Shown here: one piece after another, positions 28,539 to 37,896 of the stretch
How positions within the stretch are numbered: the first letter of the stretch is position 1
Layout: each line of letters starts with the position of its first letter
DNA from: an uncultured archaeon
GTDB lineage: Archaea > Thermoproteota > Nitrososphaeria > Nitrososphaerales > Gagatemarchaeaceae
Length of the DNA stretch: 64,000 nt
Assembly (NCBI GenBank): GCA_963817525.1
Contig: CAWFOU010000001.1
Coordinates: 672,001-736,000, forward strand
Reading direction: 5' to 3'
Translations under genes and position numbers: made by a program
The notes under the pieces: generated by a model
The model's database searches: none
Told to the model about the DNA's origin: nothing
Seen by the model: the letters and a program-made list of their open reading frames with translations, nothing else

Positions 28539-28688
28539 TTACTTCAGTTTCCCTATGCGGAAGATCGGCTTCCCGCAGGATCCGCAAGTTCCCCGGACGG
28601 CGAATCTGCCGTTCTTCAGCTTGATTTGCTTGGGGTTCTTGATCTCCCTGTTCTTCTTCTTCTCGTAGACACAGTAGCCCGTGACCAC
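28539..28688 (-). CDS. Small basic DUF5679/Cren7-like protein, 49 aa (not in ORF track)
   Basis: MVTGYCVYEKKKNREIKNPKQIKLKNGRFAVRGTCGSCGKPIFRIGKLK*; TTAAAT box near 28720. Confidence 0.75.
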   Translation of the reverse strand: MVTGYCVYEKKKNREIKNPKQIKLKNGRFAVRGTCGSCGKPIFRIGKLK

Positions 28689-29039
28689 GCTTGCTCGCGT
28701 CCAACCACGCAAGTTCGATATTTAAGCTCTCGGTAACGGAGCAAAATTCACGGTATTTTGGTAAAACGAAGACTCAGGACGGGCGGAAGACGATTTTAGG
28801 GCAAGGCTTCCTTCACACATGAGCTTTCAATTCTCCTAATCAAACCGTAAGTGCGGAAAAAGTCTGTGGCCCTTGATGGACCATCTTGAAAGCGGCGCAA
28901 AATGCGCCGGTTAGTCTCCGGTGTAGAATGGGAAATCGGACAAAACGTCGTTAAGAGTCTAAAAAAAGCTCGGAGAACTTTTGGATTGCTGGTGCGGCGC
29001 GAAGGCCAAAAGTGACTGGCGACTCTCGTATGGTGTCTG

Positions 29040-30551
29040 CTAACCTTGTACGACGGTTATCGTACCCGTCATCCAAGGATGGTAGAGGCAGTCGTATTGG
29101 TACACCCCCGGCACGGTGAAGGTGTAAGTGAAGGTCGCCCCCGCGGCCATGTCTCCAGAGTTGAACGCCGCCACTCCGGAGGGCGTGCTCGTCGCCGTGA
29201 CTGTGTGGTGGACCGTGTCGTTGTTGGTCCAGGTCACGGTGTTGTTCACGCCGATCACCAGGGTAATCATGTCAGGGCTGTAGCCGGGGGCCCCGCTTGG
29301 CAGCCCGGAGCCGGCGGGAATCGATATCATGAGGGCGTTGGCCGGCGCGCTGGAGCTCGAGCTGGAGCTCGACGTGGAGGTGGTGCTGGAGCTCGAGCTT
29401 GAACTGGACGTTGAGGAAGAAGAGCCTTGTCCCGCGAGGACCCTTACCGACCCTGTCATCCAGGGATGGTACGAGCAAGTGTAGGGATAGTACCCTGGCG
29501 CCTTGAAGGTGTAGTTGTAGACCGCCCCGACGGGCATGTTCCCCGAGTTGAAGATGGGGTTGCCTCCCGTCGTGTTCACCGCGGTGACAGTGTGGGCGAC
29601 CACGTCGTTGTTCGTCCAAATCACCGTGTTGTTGATGCCAATCACCACCGTGATGTTGTCGGGAGCGAACCCTGGGGCCCCGCTAGGGTTCCCGGCTCCT
29701 TTGGGCATCGACACCGCGACCGGGCTGACCGGCGGGGGTGAGCTTGAGCTATGGCCGGCCAGGACCCTGACCGAACCGGTCATCCACGGGTGGTACGCGC
29801 AGACGTAGGGGTAGTAGCCGGGCGTTGTGAAAGTGTAGTTGTACATCGACCCTACAGGCATGTTCCCGGAGTTGAAGAGCGGGTTCCCGCCGGTGGTGTT
29901 AGAGGATGTCACGGTGTGAGCGACCACGTCGTTGTTCGTCCAGTTGACTGTGTTGTTGACCCCGATGACCACGGTGATGTTGTCCGGAGCAAAGCCCGGG
30001 GCCCCGCTGGGGTTGCCCGCGCCCTTGGGCATGGACACCTGGATGATCGTTATGGGCGTTGTCGTGCTCGACTTGACGGTGACGGAGCCCTTCATCCAGG
30101 GGTGGTAGGCGCAGATGTATGGGTAATAGCCCGGCGCCGTGAAGGTGTAGTTGTAGACCGCCCCGACGGGCATGTTCCCCGAGTTGAAGATCGGGTTGCC
30201 TCCGGTCGTGTTCACCGCGGTGACAGTGTGGGCGACCACGTCGTTGTTCGTCCAGTTCACGGTGTTGTTGATCCCAATTATCACGGTGATGTTGTCCGGG
30301 GCGTAGCCGGGCGCGCCGCTGGGGTTGCCCGCGCCCTTGGGCATCGACACTTGCACCATGACCGTGGGCGCGGTCGAGGTCGAGTTGGTCGTCGTGGTGA
30401 TCGCACCGCTGGGAATGTTGGGGAACGTGTACGACGTGTTGTTCGCCAACCCGCTGATCAGGAAGTAGCCGAGGAGGATGGGGATGAGGATTGCGATGAC
30501 CCCCACGACCCCTAGCGTCAGCCTTGGAGCTTGATACTCTTGGAATTTCAT
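29040..30551 (-). CDS. Membrane-anchored protein with four tandem plastocyanin-like (type 1 Cu) cupredoxin domains
   Basis: N-terminal TM helix; four copies of W.NND...HTVT...FNSG...Y.C.YHPWM.G. Confidence 0.92.
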   Translation of the reverse strand: MKFQEYQAPRLTLGVVGVIAILIPILLGYFLISGLANNTSYTFPNIPSGAITTTTNSTSTAPTVMVQVSMPKGAGNPSGAPGYAPDNITVIIGINNTVNWTNNDVVAHTVTAVNTTGGNPIFNSGNMPVGAVYNYTFTAPGYYPYICAYHPWMKGSVTVKSSTTTPITIIQVSMPKGAGNPSGAPGFAPDNITVVIGVNNTVNWTNNDVVAHTVTSSNTTGGNPLFNSGNMPVGSMYNYTFTTPGYYPYVCAYHPWMTGSVRVLAGHSSSSPPPVSPVAVSMPKGAGNPSGAPGFAPDNITVVIGINNTVIWTNNDVVAHTVTAVNTTGGNPIFNSGNMPVGAVYNYTFKAPGYYPYTCSYHPWMTGSVRVLAGQGSSSSTSSSSSSSSTTSTSSSSSSSSAPANALMISIPAGSGLPSGAPGYSPDMITLVIGVNNTVTWTNNDTVHHTVTATSTPSGVAAFNSGDMAAGATFTYTFTVPGVYQYDCLYHPWMTGTITVVQG

Positions 30552-30561
30552 CTGTTTTCAC

Positions 30562-30825
30562 TCACTGGGCGAGGGCGAACAGCAAGGTCAGGATCAAGAC
30601 CATCACGAGCGCGAGTGGGGCGAGGATCATGTACTGTATGACCGGAGGCTCCTTCCGGATGTTCATGAGGAAGATCGCCGCGATGACGGCGTTCACCATC
30701 GCAACCGCGCCTATCCCTATCGTCACCGAGAAGGTGTCGGGCTTGGCAGAGTAGAAGAGGAAGACCTCTCCCACCGTGGTCACGATCATGTAGAGCCATA
30801 CCAGGACGGGGGTCTTGTAGTCCAT
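30562..30825 (-). CDS. Heme-copper oxidase subunit IV-like protein
   Basis: Three TM helices, T..E and FLMNIRKE pattern, position in cox operon. Confidence 0.7.
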   Translation of the reverse strand: MDYKTPVLVWLYMIVTTVGEVFLFYSAKPDTFSVTIGIGAVAMVNAVIAAIFLMNIRKEPPVIQYMILAPLALVMVLILTLLFALAQ

Positions 30826-30840
30826 TTCGCTATCTCCATC

Positions 30841-33228
30841 TTAGAGCAGGTAGAACAGCGGGAAGACGAATATCCAGATGATGTCGACGAAGGCCCAGTA
30901 GAGGGCGAAGTTCTCGATGCCCGCGTGGTTCTCCTTTGTGAATCCGCCCGCCATCCCCTTCCTGATCAGGTACCCCATGATCACCAGGCCCACGGTGACG
31001 TGAGCTGCGTGGAGCCCGACCGTGAAGTAGTAGGTGCTACCTGCCAGGCTGCTGGACCACGTGAAGCCCTTGACAAAGTAGAGGTTGTACCACTCCGCCC
31101 CCTTGATCCCGATGAAGGTCGCACCAAGGACGAACGTGGCGCAGAGCCAGGCGACCATGTTCTTCTGTTTGCCCTCCTTGATGGACTCCAGGGCCAGGAA
31201 CGCGGTCAGCCCGCTCGTGAGGAGGACTATGGTGTTCGTGAGGCCAAGTGGGATCTCGTGTATCGACCCTGGAACGGGCCAGTTCGGGGTGTAAGAGCGG
31301 ATGTAGAGGTAGGAGCCGAGAATAGCTCCGAAGACGACGACGTCGGTGGCGAGGAAGATCCACATCCCCAGCCTCAGCTTGGGGATCTTGTCGAAGGGCC
31401 ACCTCTCCGTGATCTCGTCTGGCATGTGGAACCCATCGTGGAAGTCCTCGTACATCCATCCGATCACCGCGAAGCCAACAGTGCCGAGGCCCAGGATGAA
31501 TATGGCGATGCCCCAGTTGTAGACCAGCAGGCAGAGGCCGACGAAGGTTATCGCGACGCCGGTGGCGAGCCATATGGGCCTGATGCTCTGGTGGTGCGCG
31601 TGGGATTCCACCGCACCCTTTTCTGCGATAGAGCCCATCGCGCCGGTGGCCCCGTGCGAGGCGCCCGTTATCCTCGGGAGCCACTCGGGGGTCGTCGCGC
31701 CCCACGGGTTGAGCGGGGCTATCTTCCCGCCCCTCATCACGTAGACGAGGTTGATCAGCAGAAGGATCTGGGCGCCCGCGAAGATGAAGGCGCCGACGGT
31801 CGAGATGAAGTTGAGGGTGTTCCAGCTAGGCAGGGACTGGTAGGTGTAGATCCTCCTGGGCATGTCGTAGAGGAAGAACATCGGGAAGTAGAGGATGTTG
31901 AACCCGATGAAGGAGACGATGAAGTGCCACTTGGCGAGGCCCTCGTGGTACATCCTCTTCGACATGAGCGGGATGTAGTAGTACAGCCCCGCTATCAGTC
32001 CGAAGATGGCGGCCCCCACCATCACGTAGTGGAAGTGCCCCACGACGAAGTACGTGTTGTTGTAGACCACGTCAAGGACGAAGGACGAGAGGAACACCCC
32101 AGTGATACCTCCGATGATGAACAGGAAGACCGAACCGATGCAGAAGAGCATCGGCGTCGTGAGCCTGATGGAGGATTTGGTCAGGGTCTTGATGAACGCG
32201 AGCGTGATCACGTCGAAGGGGAGCGATATCAGGATGGTGGCCACGCTGAAGGCCTCGTCCTCGCTGAGGGTCACCCCCGTGAGGAACATGTGGTGCGACC
32301 ACACCATGTAGCTCAGCGGGATTATGATCGCGCCGGTGCAGATGAGTATGACGTTCTTCTCGGCGAGCGGCCTCCCCGAGAAGACGGGGAAGATCTCGGC
32401 GATGAGGCCGAAGGCGGGGAGGAGCACCACGTACACCTCCGGGTGCCCGAAGAACCAGAACAGGTCGTCCCAGAGTATCGAGCCTCCCGCCGAGGCGGTG
32501 AAGTACATCGTCCCCAGCACTCGGTCGGATACGAGGAGGAGCAGCGCCGCGAGGAGGGCTGGGAACGAGAAGAGCATCGCGAGTATCGTGAAGAGTATGA
32601 ACCAGCTGAACATGGGGATCTTGCGCCAGGTCATGCCGGGGCCGCGGTTCGTGGCCACCGTGAGCACGATGTTGATGCTGCCGATGGTGATCGAGGTGGC
32701 GAGCATTATCAGACCGACGAAGGCCATCGTCGGTCCTGGGCCAGGCGTGAACTGCGACCCGGACAGTGGGGCGTACACGGTCCAACCTCCGTCCGCATTT
32801 CCGCCGGGTAGGAAGAACCCGAGCGTTGCGATGACCCCTCCGAAGAGCCACAGCCAGTAGCCGAGCGCGTTGACCCTGGGGAGCGCGAGGTCGGTCGCGC
32901 CTATCTGCAGCGGCATGAAGTAGTTGGCAAAGCCGATCGCCAGTGGCGACAGGAACCAGAGTATCATGATGAGGCCGTGGAGAGTGACGGCCTGGTCGAA
33001 CGCCGCGGCGCTCAAGAAGGTCGACGACGAGCTCGAGTAGCACAGGCCGAGGAACGCGCCGGGCGCGCTCGTCGTCCCAGGGGCGCAGGTCGGGATCGCG
33101 AGCTGGACGCGGACCAGGAGGATCAGGATCGACCCGATGAAGCCGAAGTACATCGAGCCGACGATGTAGAGGATCCCGATGTCCTTGTGGTTGGTGGTGT
33201 AGAGCCACCGCTTTAGCCAATCGTTCAT
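30841..33228 (-). CDS. A-type heme-copper oxidase subunit I fused to subunit III (SoxM-like)
   Basis: TTNHKDIG, GWTVYAPL, WFFGHPEVY, WSHHMF, GHFHYV; C-terminal subunit III motifs GLHAAHV and YWAFVDIIW. Confidence 0.95.
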   Translation of the reverse strand: MNDWLKRWLYTTNHKDIGILYIVGSMYFGFIGSILILLVRVQLAIPTCAPGTTSAPGAFLGLCYSSSSSTFLSAAAFDQAVTLHGLIMILWFLSPLAIGFANYFMPLQIGATDLALPRVNALGYWLWLFGGVIATLGFFLPGGNADGGWTVYAPLSGSQFTPGPGPTMAFVGLIMLATSITIGSINIVLTVATNRGPGMTWRKIPMFSWFILFTILAMLFSFPALLAALLLLVSDRVLGTMYFTASAGGSILWDDLFWFFGHPEVYVVLLPAFGLIAEIFPVFSGRPLAEKNVILICTGAIIIPLSYMVWSHHMFLTGVTLSEDEAFSVATILISLPFDVITLAFIKTLTKSSIRLTTPMLFCIGSVFLFIIGGITGVFLSSFVLDVVYNNTYFVVGHFHYVMVGAAIFGLIAGLYYYIPLMSKRMYHEGLAKWHFIVSFIGFNILYFPMFFLYDMPRRIYTYQSLPSWNTLNFISTVGAFIFAGAQILLLINLVYVMRGGKIAPLNPWGATTPEWLPRITGASHGATGAMGSIAEKGAVESHAHHQSIRPIWLATGVAITFVGLCLLVYNWGIAIFILGLGTVGFAVIGWMYEDFHDGFHMPDEITERWPFDKIPKLRLGMWIFLATDVVVFGAILGSYLYIRSYTPNWPVPGSIHEIPLGLTNTIVLLTSGLTAFLALESIKEGKQKNMVAWLCATFVLGATFIGIKGAEWYNLYFVKGFTWSSSLAGSTYYFTVGLHAAHVTVGLVIMGYLIRKGMAGGFTKENHAGIENFALYWAFVDIIWIFVFPLFYLL

Positions 33229-33234
33229 GCTGCC

Positions 33235-33951
33235 CTAGTTACCTCCGCTCGTCGACGTGCTGGTCGTCGTGATGGAGGAGGAGGTCGCGAAAAGCGCCGG
33301 CGGAGTCTGCGACGGGAGCTTGGAGTACCAGGTCTGGTACTGCTGGTCTGGCAGGACCACGAGCTTCGATATCATGAGCGCGTGCCCGACTCCGCAGAGC
33401 TGCCTGCACTGGATCGTGTAGACCCCGGTCTGGGTCGCGTTGAACCACACCTGGTTGTAGATCCCCGGCTGAGCGTCTTTCCCGACATCAAGGGCGGGGA
33501 TGAAGAACCCGTGCGTGACGTCTGCGGAGGTTATGTTCAGGATGATTATCTGGTTCTGGGGCACGGTGAGGTTCTGGAAGTCGGTGTACCCGTTGGGATA
33601 CACGTAGCTCCAGGAGAACTGCCGGCCGAGGACGCCCACGTTCACCCCGGGGTCGCTGGGCAGGGCGACGAGGTTCGCGGAGGCGAAGGTCTCGTACTCG
33701 ACGAAGGTGAGCACCGTGCCCGTCACGCAGAGGAGCATCAGGATGCCCTTCCAGTTCCCCCATTCTCCCTTCTCCTCGTGGAACGCGGGAACCGCGCGCC
33801 CCGGCCTCTCGCGGTTCTTCACGATCATGGCGACCATGTAGCCGATCGCGATGATCGCTGCGGCGCCGCCGAGGATGAGATAGTAGTTCTGGAGCGTGGT
33901 AAAGATTTGAACTGTAGGAGGTGTCGCGACTACGTCTGGCGAGACAAACAT
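33235..33951 (-). CDS. Heme-copper oxidase subunit II (CuA)
   Basis: Two TM helices, QFSWSYVY, DVTHGF, CRQLCGVGHALM; start set at MFVSPD below a TTATAT box. Confidence 0.92.
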   Translation of the reverse strand: MFVSPDVVATPPTVQIFTTLQNYYLILGGAAAIIAIGYMVAMIVKNRERPGRAVPAFHEEKGEWGNWKGILMLLCVTGTVLTFVEYETFASANLVALPSDPGVNVGVLGRQFSWSYVYPNGYTDFQNLTVPQNQIIILNITSADVTHGFFIPALDVGKDAQPGIYNQVWFNATQTGVYTIQCRQLCGVGHALMISKLVVLPDQQYQTWYSKLPSQTPPALFATSSSITTTSTSTSGGN

Positions 33952-34070
33952 GCAGCATGCAGGCCCCGTGAATATTTCATATAAGTCTTGTTCGCGTCGA
34001 GGGTCGGTGTCGTCGACCCTCGCCAACGCATATCTACTCGTCGGCGGGACAGACCTGTGCAAGAGAAAGT

Positions 34071-34159
34071 GGTGGGGTGGCGGAGCGGTTACGCGTGCGC
34101 CTGCAGTTGTCGGCGAGGCCGGGAGCGCATTCACGTGGGTTCGAGTCCCACCCCCACCT
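34071..34159 (+). tRNA. tRNA-Cys(GCA) with 17-nt intron at 37/38 (34107-34123)
   Basis: GGTGGGG/CCCCACC acceptor, U73 discriminator, TGCGC/GCGCA anticodon stem around CT-GCA-G[intron]A, GTGGG-TTCGAGT-CCCAC T arm. Confidence 0.9.
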
Positions 34160-34232
34160 GACCCTGTACTCCTATCTTTTGCCCGCTTATGGGCATATCG
34201 TCTGGATTGCGCTCATTTCGGCGTTTACTAGC

Positions 34233-35065
34233 TCAATCCCGACTATTTCTTCTCGAAGAGTCTCCGATGAGACCCTCCAAATCTTTCTTCTTCCTTGCGA
34301 TAGAAAACCCTATCAAGTCTTGATAGCCGCGACGTGAACCAGCTCTCACGTAGATGTAGTACTGGTCTTTGTTCACTCGATATTCATGGCCCTTGATTAT
34401 GACCGTACCTCCTTTTTCCTTCGCCAGATGAGGACCGGTAACTTCAATAGCAAAACTCTCCAGTACCTCTGTCACGAGTGCCAGCTTCTCAAGGTCACCG
34501 TTCGAAGCGGCAAGTTTTCCACGCGCTGATCCTTCAGAATCAAAGAAGCCCCGAACGAAGGCACTCATGCAAGCTTTGCAATGGAAAATTGAACTTCGCA
34601 ACTCACTAATTGGTTGAAGAAGGAATCGTTGAAGGAGCAGGCTCGATGCCTGAACATGCCAAGCGCGAGTCTTGTCGTGCCATTTTACCTTCGGCGGACT
34701 TCTTTGCAGAATCTTCGAGAGGCATTTCGAGAATTCCTCCGCGAAGTCCTTGTCTGTCACCCTCAGTTTGATCATGTAATTGTAATGGCTGACGCTAGTA
34801 GAGGCATCTCCATCTTTACGCCTATGACATAGGCGAGGTCGGGCCTTGGAGCCGCGTCAAACCTTGACACATATCCGAACGGATTGTGTTTGCCGTTTAT
34901 CCATCCGGAGATGTGCGACTTTCTGAGAGTGACTCCATGCTCAGCCTCTATCTTCTTGATGATCTTGTTGTAGCTGAGCCCTTCCTTTCTCAGCTGGAGG
35001 ACAAGGCGGTAGAGCTTCTCCCTCTCGACCGTCGGCCTCAGCTTGACGCCAGCCCTGCTCGGCAC
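34233..35065 (-). pseudogene. Frameshifted HTH + double-motif LAGLIDADG endonuclease-like gene
   Basis: ORFs 34772-35065 and 34233-34775 join if one G is restored near 34810 (LAYVIGVKM-GDAS); second motif FVRGFFDSEGS; low GC. Confidence 0.8.
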
Positions 35066-35146
35066 AATCCCTTATGCGACTATTCCTAATAACGACCCAT
35101 TTCGCGCTGGAAAAGATAAAAACGCGACCGACGGCCCGCCTCCATC

Positions 35147-35521
35147 TTGAAGACCGTAAAGTCGAAGAAAGCGCCCGAGCCCATCGGGCCGTACTCTCAG
35201 GCAGTCGTCGTGAAGAACCTCGTCTTCGTATCGGGGATGATAGCCATCGACCCGGCGACGGGCAAGATGGTGAGCGGCGGGGTCAAGGAGCAGACCGAGC
35301 GCGCGCTTGTGAGCCTCAAGGCGGTCTTGAAGGCGGCAGGCACATCCGAAGAGAAGGTTGCGAAGACCACCGTCTTCATCAAGGAGGCATCGATGTTCAA
35401 GGAGATGAACGAGGCCTACGCGAAGTTCTTCGGCAAGCACAAGCCCGCTAGGGCCACCCTGGTGACCGGGTTCCCGAGGGACGACGTCCTCGTAGAGATA
35501 GAAGCGGTCGCCACGAGATAG
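35147..35521 (+). CDS. ridA: RidA-family reactive intermediate deaminase
   Basis: PIGPYSQAV, VSG.I, MNEAY..FF..KPAR, VEIEAVA. Confidence 0.93.
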   Translation: MKTVKSKKAPEPIGPYSQAVVVKNLVFVSGMIAIDPATGKMVSGGVKEQTERALVSLKAVLKAAGTSEEKVAKTTVFIKEASMFKEMNEAYAKFFGKHKPARATLVTGFPRDDVLVEIEAVATR

Positions 35522-35542
35522 AAGACGGAGTCGCCGGGGTCG

Positions 35543-35659
35543 GTGACGTTGGATCGCTGCCCTTGCTGCGGGACTCCGATGGAAGTGGTCTCCGAGACGC
35601 AGACCAAGTTCACCCTGAGGTGCCCGAACTGCCTGACGACAGACCTCAGGATAAAGTAG
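35543..35659 (+). CDS. 38-aa zinc-finger microprotein (not in ORF track)
   Basis: MTLDRCPCCGTPMEVVSETQTKFTLRCPNCLTTDLRIK*. Confidence 0.6.
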   Translation: MTLDRCPCCGTPMEVVSETQTKFTLRCPNCLTTDLRIK

Positions 35660-35705
35660 GAAGAGCCCAGGCCGCCTTTCCGCGTGAGACCTCTGTAGGC
35701 GTCGC

Positions 35706-37850
35706 TCAGACGAAGAGCGCGTAGATCACGATGGCGGAGACGAAGACGATGGATATCGTGTTGAGGACCTTGATCAGCGAGTTGATCGCGGGCCCCGCTG
35801 TGTCCTTGAACGGGTCGCCCACGGTGTCGCCCATCACGGCCGCGGCGTGCGTAGGCGTCCCCTTGCCTCCGTACGCGCCCGTCTCGATGTACTTCTTCGC
35901 GTTGTCCCAAGCGGCGCCGCCGTTGGTCATCGTAAAGGCCAGATATACTCCCGCGACCACGCTCCCTATCAGCACCCCTCCAAGAGAGAGAGGGCCGAGG
36001 ACGAAGCCGACCACTAGCGGCGTGAGCACGGCGAGCGTCGCCGGGGCAGCGAGCTCCTTGATGGCCGCGGCCGTGCTGATGTCCACGCACTTTGCATAGT
36101 CGGGCTTCCCCGTCCCTTCCATTATCCCGGGGATCTCCTTGAACTGCCGCCTGACTTCGTTGACCATCTTCATGGCGGCGCGGCCGACGGCCTGAATGAG
36201 GAAGCTGGAGAAGTAGAACGGGAGGAGGCTGCCTATGAAGAGGCCGATTATCACGTGGGGGTCGCTGAGCGTGAACGAGAGCGTCCCGCCCGGCGCGAGC
36301 CCGTACTTTGAGAAGAGGTTGTGAAGCGCGATCTGCCTGTTCACCTCGTACTGGAAGGCCTCGAAGATCGAGACCGCCGCCAGCGCGGCCGACATCACGG
36401 CGAACGCCTTGGTGGTGGCCTTGGTCGTGTTCCCGATGGCGTCGAGCTCGTCGGTGACGGTCCGCACGTTCCCCTCGAGCCCTGCCATCTCGGCGATCCC
36501 GTTGGCGTTGTCTGTGATAGGCCCGAAGGAGTCTATCGACATGATCACCCCGGTCAGGGAGAGCATCGACATCGTCGTGATGGCAGTGCTGTACACGCCC
36601 ATCAGGGTGTTGGAGCCGGAGCCGTAGAAGCCCAGGTAGTACGAGACGAGGAGTGCCACGACCAGGACGACGGCCGAGGGCGCGGTGCTCTGCAGGCCCG
36701 TCGAGAAGCCGGCCAAGAAGTTGGTCGCCGCCCCTGTCTGGCTCGCCTCTGCGATGTGCCTGACGGGCGGGTAGAGATACGACGTGAAGTAGTCCGCGAC
36801 CCTCTCTATCACCACCACGACGACGACGCCGACGATCGCGCTTCCGAAGAGATAGTATGAGATCGAGTTGCCGCCGAAGAGAGATTGCCCGAGGAAGTAG
36901 TCTATGGCGACGGTGATAACGGCGGCGATCATCAGGGCGACGTTGAGCGCGGCGAGGGGCCCGGATTTTATCGAGCGGCGAATGTAGAGCCCGCCTATTA
37001 TCGAGCCGATGATCCCGGCGACCCCCAGGGTGAGAGGATAGAGTATCAGGTCATTGGCGCTGATTATGGAGAGGAGGGAAGCTGGCTTGGCCAGCTGGAC
37101 GAGGCCTCCGAGTATCACCGCCGCTATTGCCGTGACCACGAACGACTCGTACACGTCCGCGCCCATCCCCGCGCAGTCGCCCACGTTGTCGCCGACGTTG
37201 TCCGCGATCACGGCGGGGTTGCGCGGGTCGTCCTCGGGGATGTTCGCCTCGACCTTGCCCACCAGGTCAGCGCCCACGTCAGCGGCCTTGGTGTAGATGC
37301 CACCTGAGACTCTCATGAACATGGCGATGAGCGACGCGCCGAAGCCCAGCCCCGCCATGGTGGCGGGGTTCGCCGTTATCGTCCCCTGATAGGCGATGTA
37401 GAACAGAGAGAGCCCCAAGAGCCCAAAGCCGACCACGGCCATGCCCATCACGCTTCCTCCCCTGAAGGAGACGGTGAGGGCTGGGCCCAGCCCGCTCTTC
37501 GCAGCCTCCGCGGTCCTCGAGCTCGTCCTAACGGTTATCGCCATCCCGACGTAGCCCGCGAAGGCCGAGAGTGCGGCGCCCACCACGAACCCGACTGCGA
37601 TTGCTCCGCCCGTACCGAGGGGGATGTCGATGAAGACGTAGATCGCGATGGCGACGATGACCGCGACCGGCGCGATCACGCGGTACTCCCTCGAGAGGAA
37701 CGCGTTCGCGCCCTCCTTGACCGCCCCCGCTATCTCCTGCATCTTTGGGGTGCCCGGGTTCTGCGACCTTACGTTGAAGATCAGGACGACCGCGTAGAGG
37801 AGCGCGATCAGCGCTCCCACCACGGCCAGAAGGCTATAGTCCATCGCCAT
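35706..37850 (-). CDS. hppA: Membrane H+-translocating pyrophosphatase, likely K+-independent
   Basis: DVGADLVGKVE, DNVGDNVGD, GNTTK (Lys at the K+-dependence determinant), GDTVGDPFKDT. Confidence 0.95.
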   Translation of the reverse strand: MAMDYSLLAVVGALIALLYAVVLIFNVRSQNPGTPKMQEIAGAVKEGANAFLSREYRVIAPVAVIVAIAIYVFIDIPLGTGGAIAVGFVVGAALSAFAGYVGMAITVRTSSRTAEAAKSGLGPALTVSFRGGSVMGMAVVGFGLLGLSLFYIAYQGTITANPATMAGLGFGASLIAMFMRVSGGIYTKAADVGADLVGKVEANIPEDDPRNPAVIADNVGDNVGDCAGMGADVYESFVVTAIAAVILGGLVQLAKPASLLSIISANDLILYPLTLGVAGIIGSIIGGLYIRRSIKSGPLAALNVALMIAAVITVAIDYFLGQSLFGGNSISYYLFGSAIVGVVVVVVIERVADYFTSYLYPPVRHIAEASQTGAATNFLAGFSTGLQSTAPSAVVLVVALLVSYYLGFYGSGSNTLMGVYSTAITTMSMLSLTGVIMSIDSFGPITDNANGIAEMAGLEGNVRTVTDELDAIGNTTKATTKAFAVMSAALAAVSIFEAFQYEVNRQIALHNLFSKYGLAPGGTLSFTLSDPHVIIGLFIGSLLPFYFSSFLIQAVGRAAMKMVNEVRRQFKEIPGIMEGTGKPDYAKCVDISTAAAIKELAAPATLAVLTPLVVGFVLGPLSLGGVLIGSVVAGVYLAFTMTNGGAAWDNAKKYIETGAYGGKGTPTHAAAVMGDTVGDPFKDTAGPAINSLIKVLNTISIVFVSAIVIYALFV

Positions 37851-37896
37851 GTTATGGGAAACTGAGCGCTCTGGGCTTCGCGAACTGGTTATAAGT

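Noticed and set aside
33952-34134. N-terminal extension of oxidase subunit II; similar extensions of ORFs 41551, 43170, 57812 and 60163
   Set aside because: They overlap a tRNA, promoters or neighbouring genes; downstream starts fit TATA spacing better
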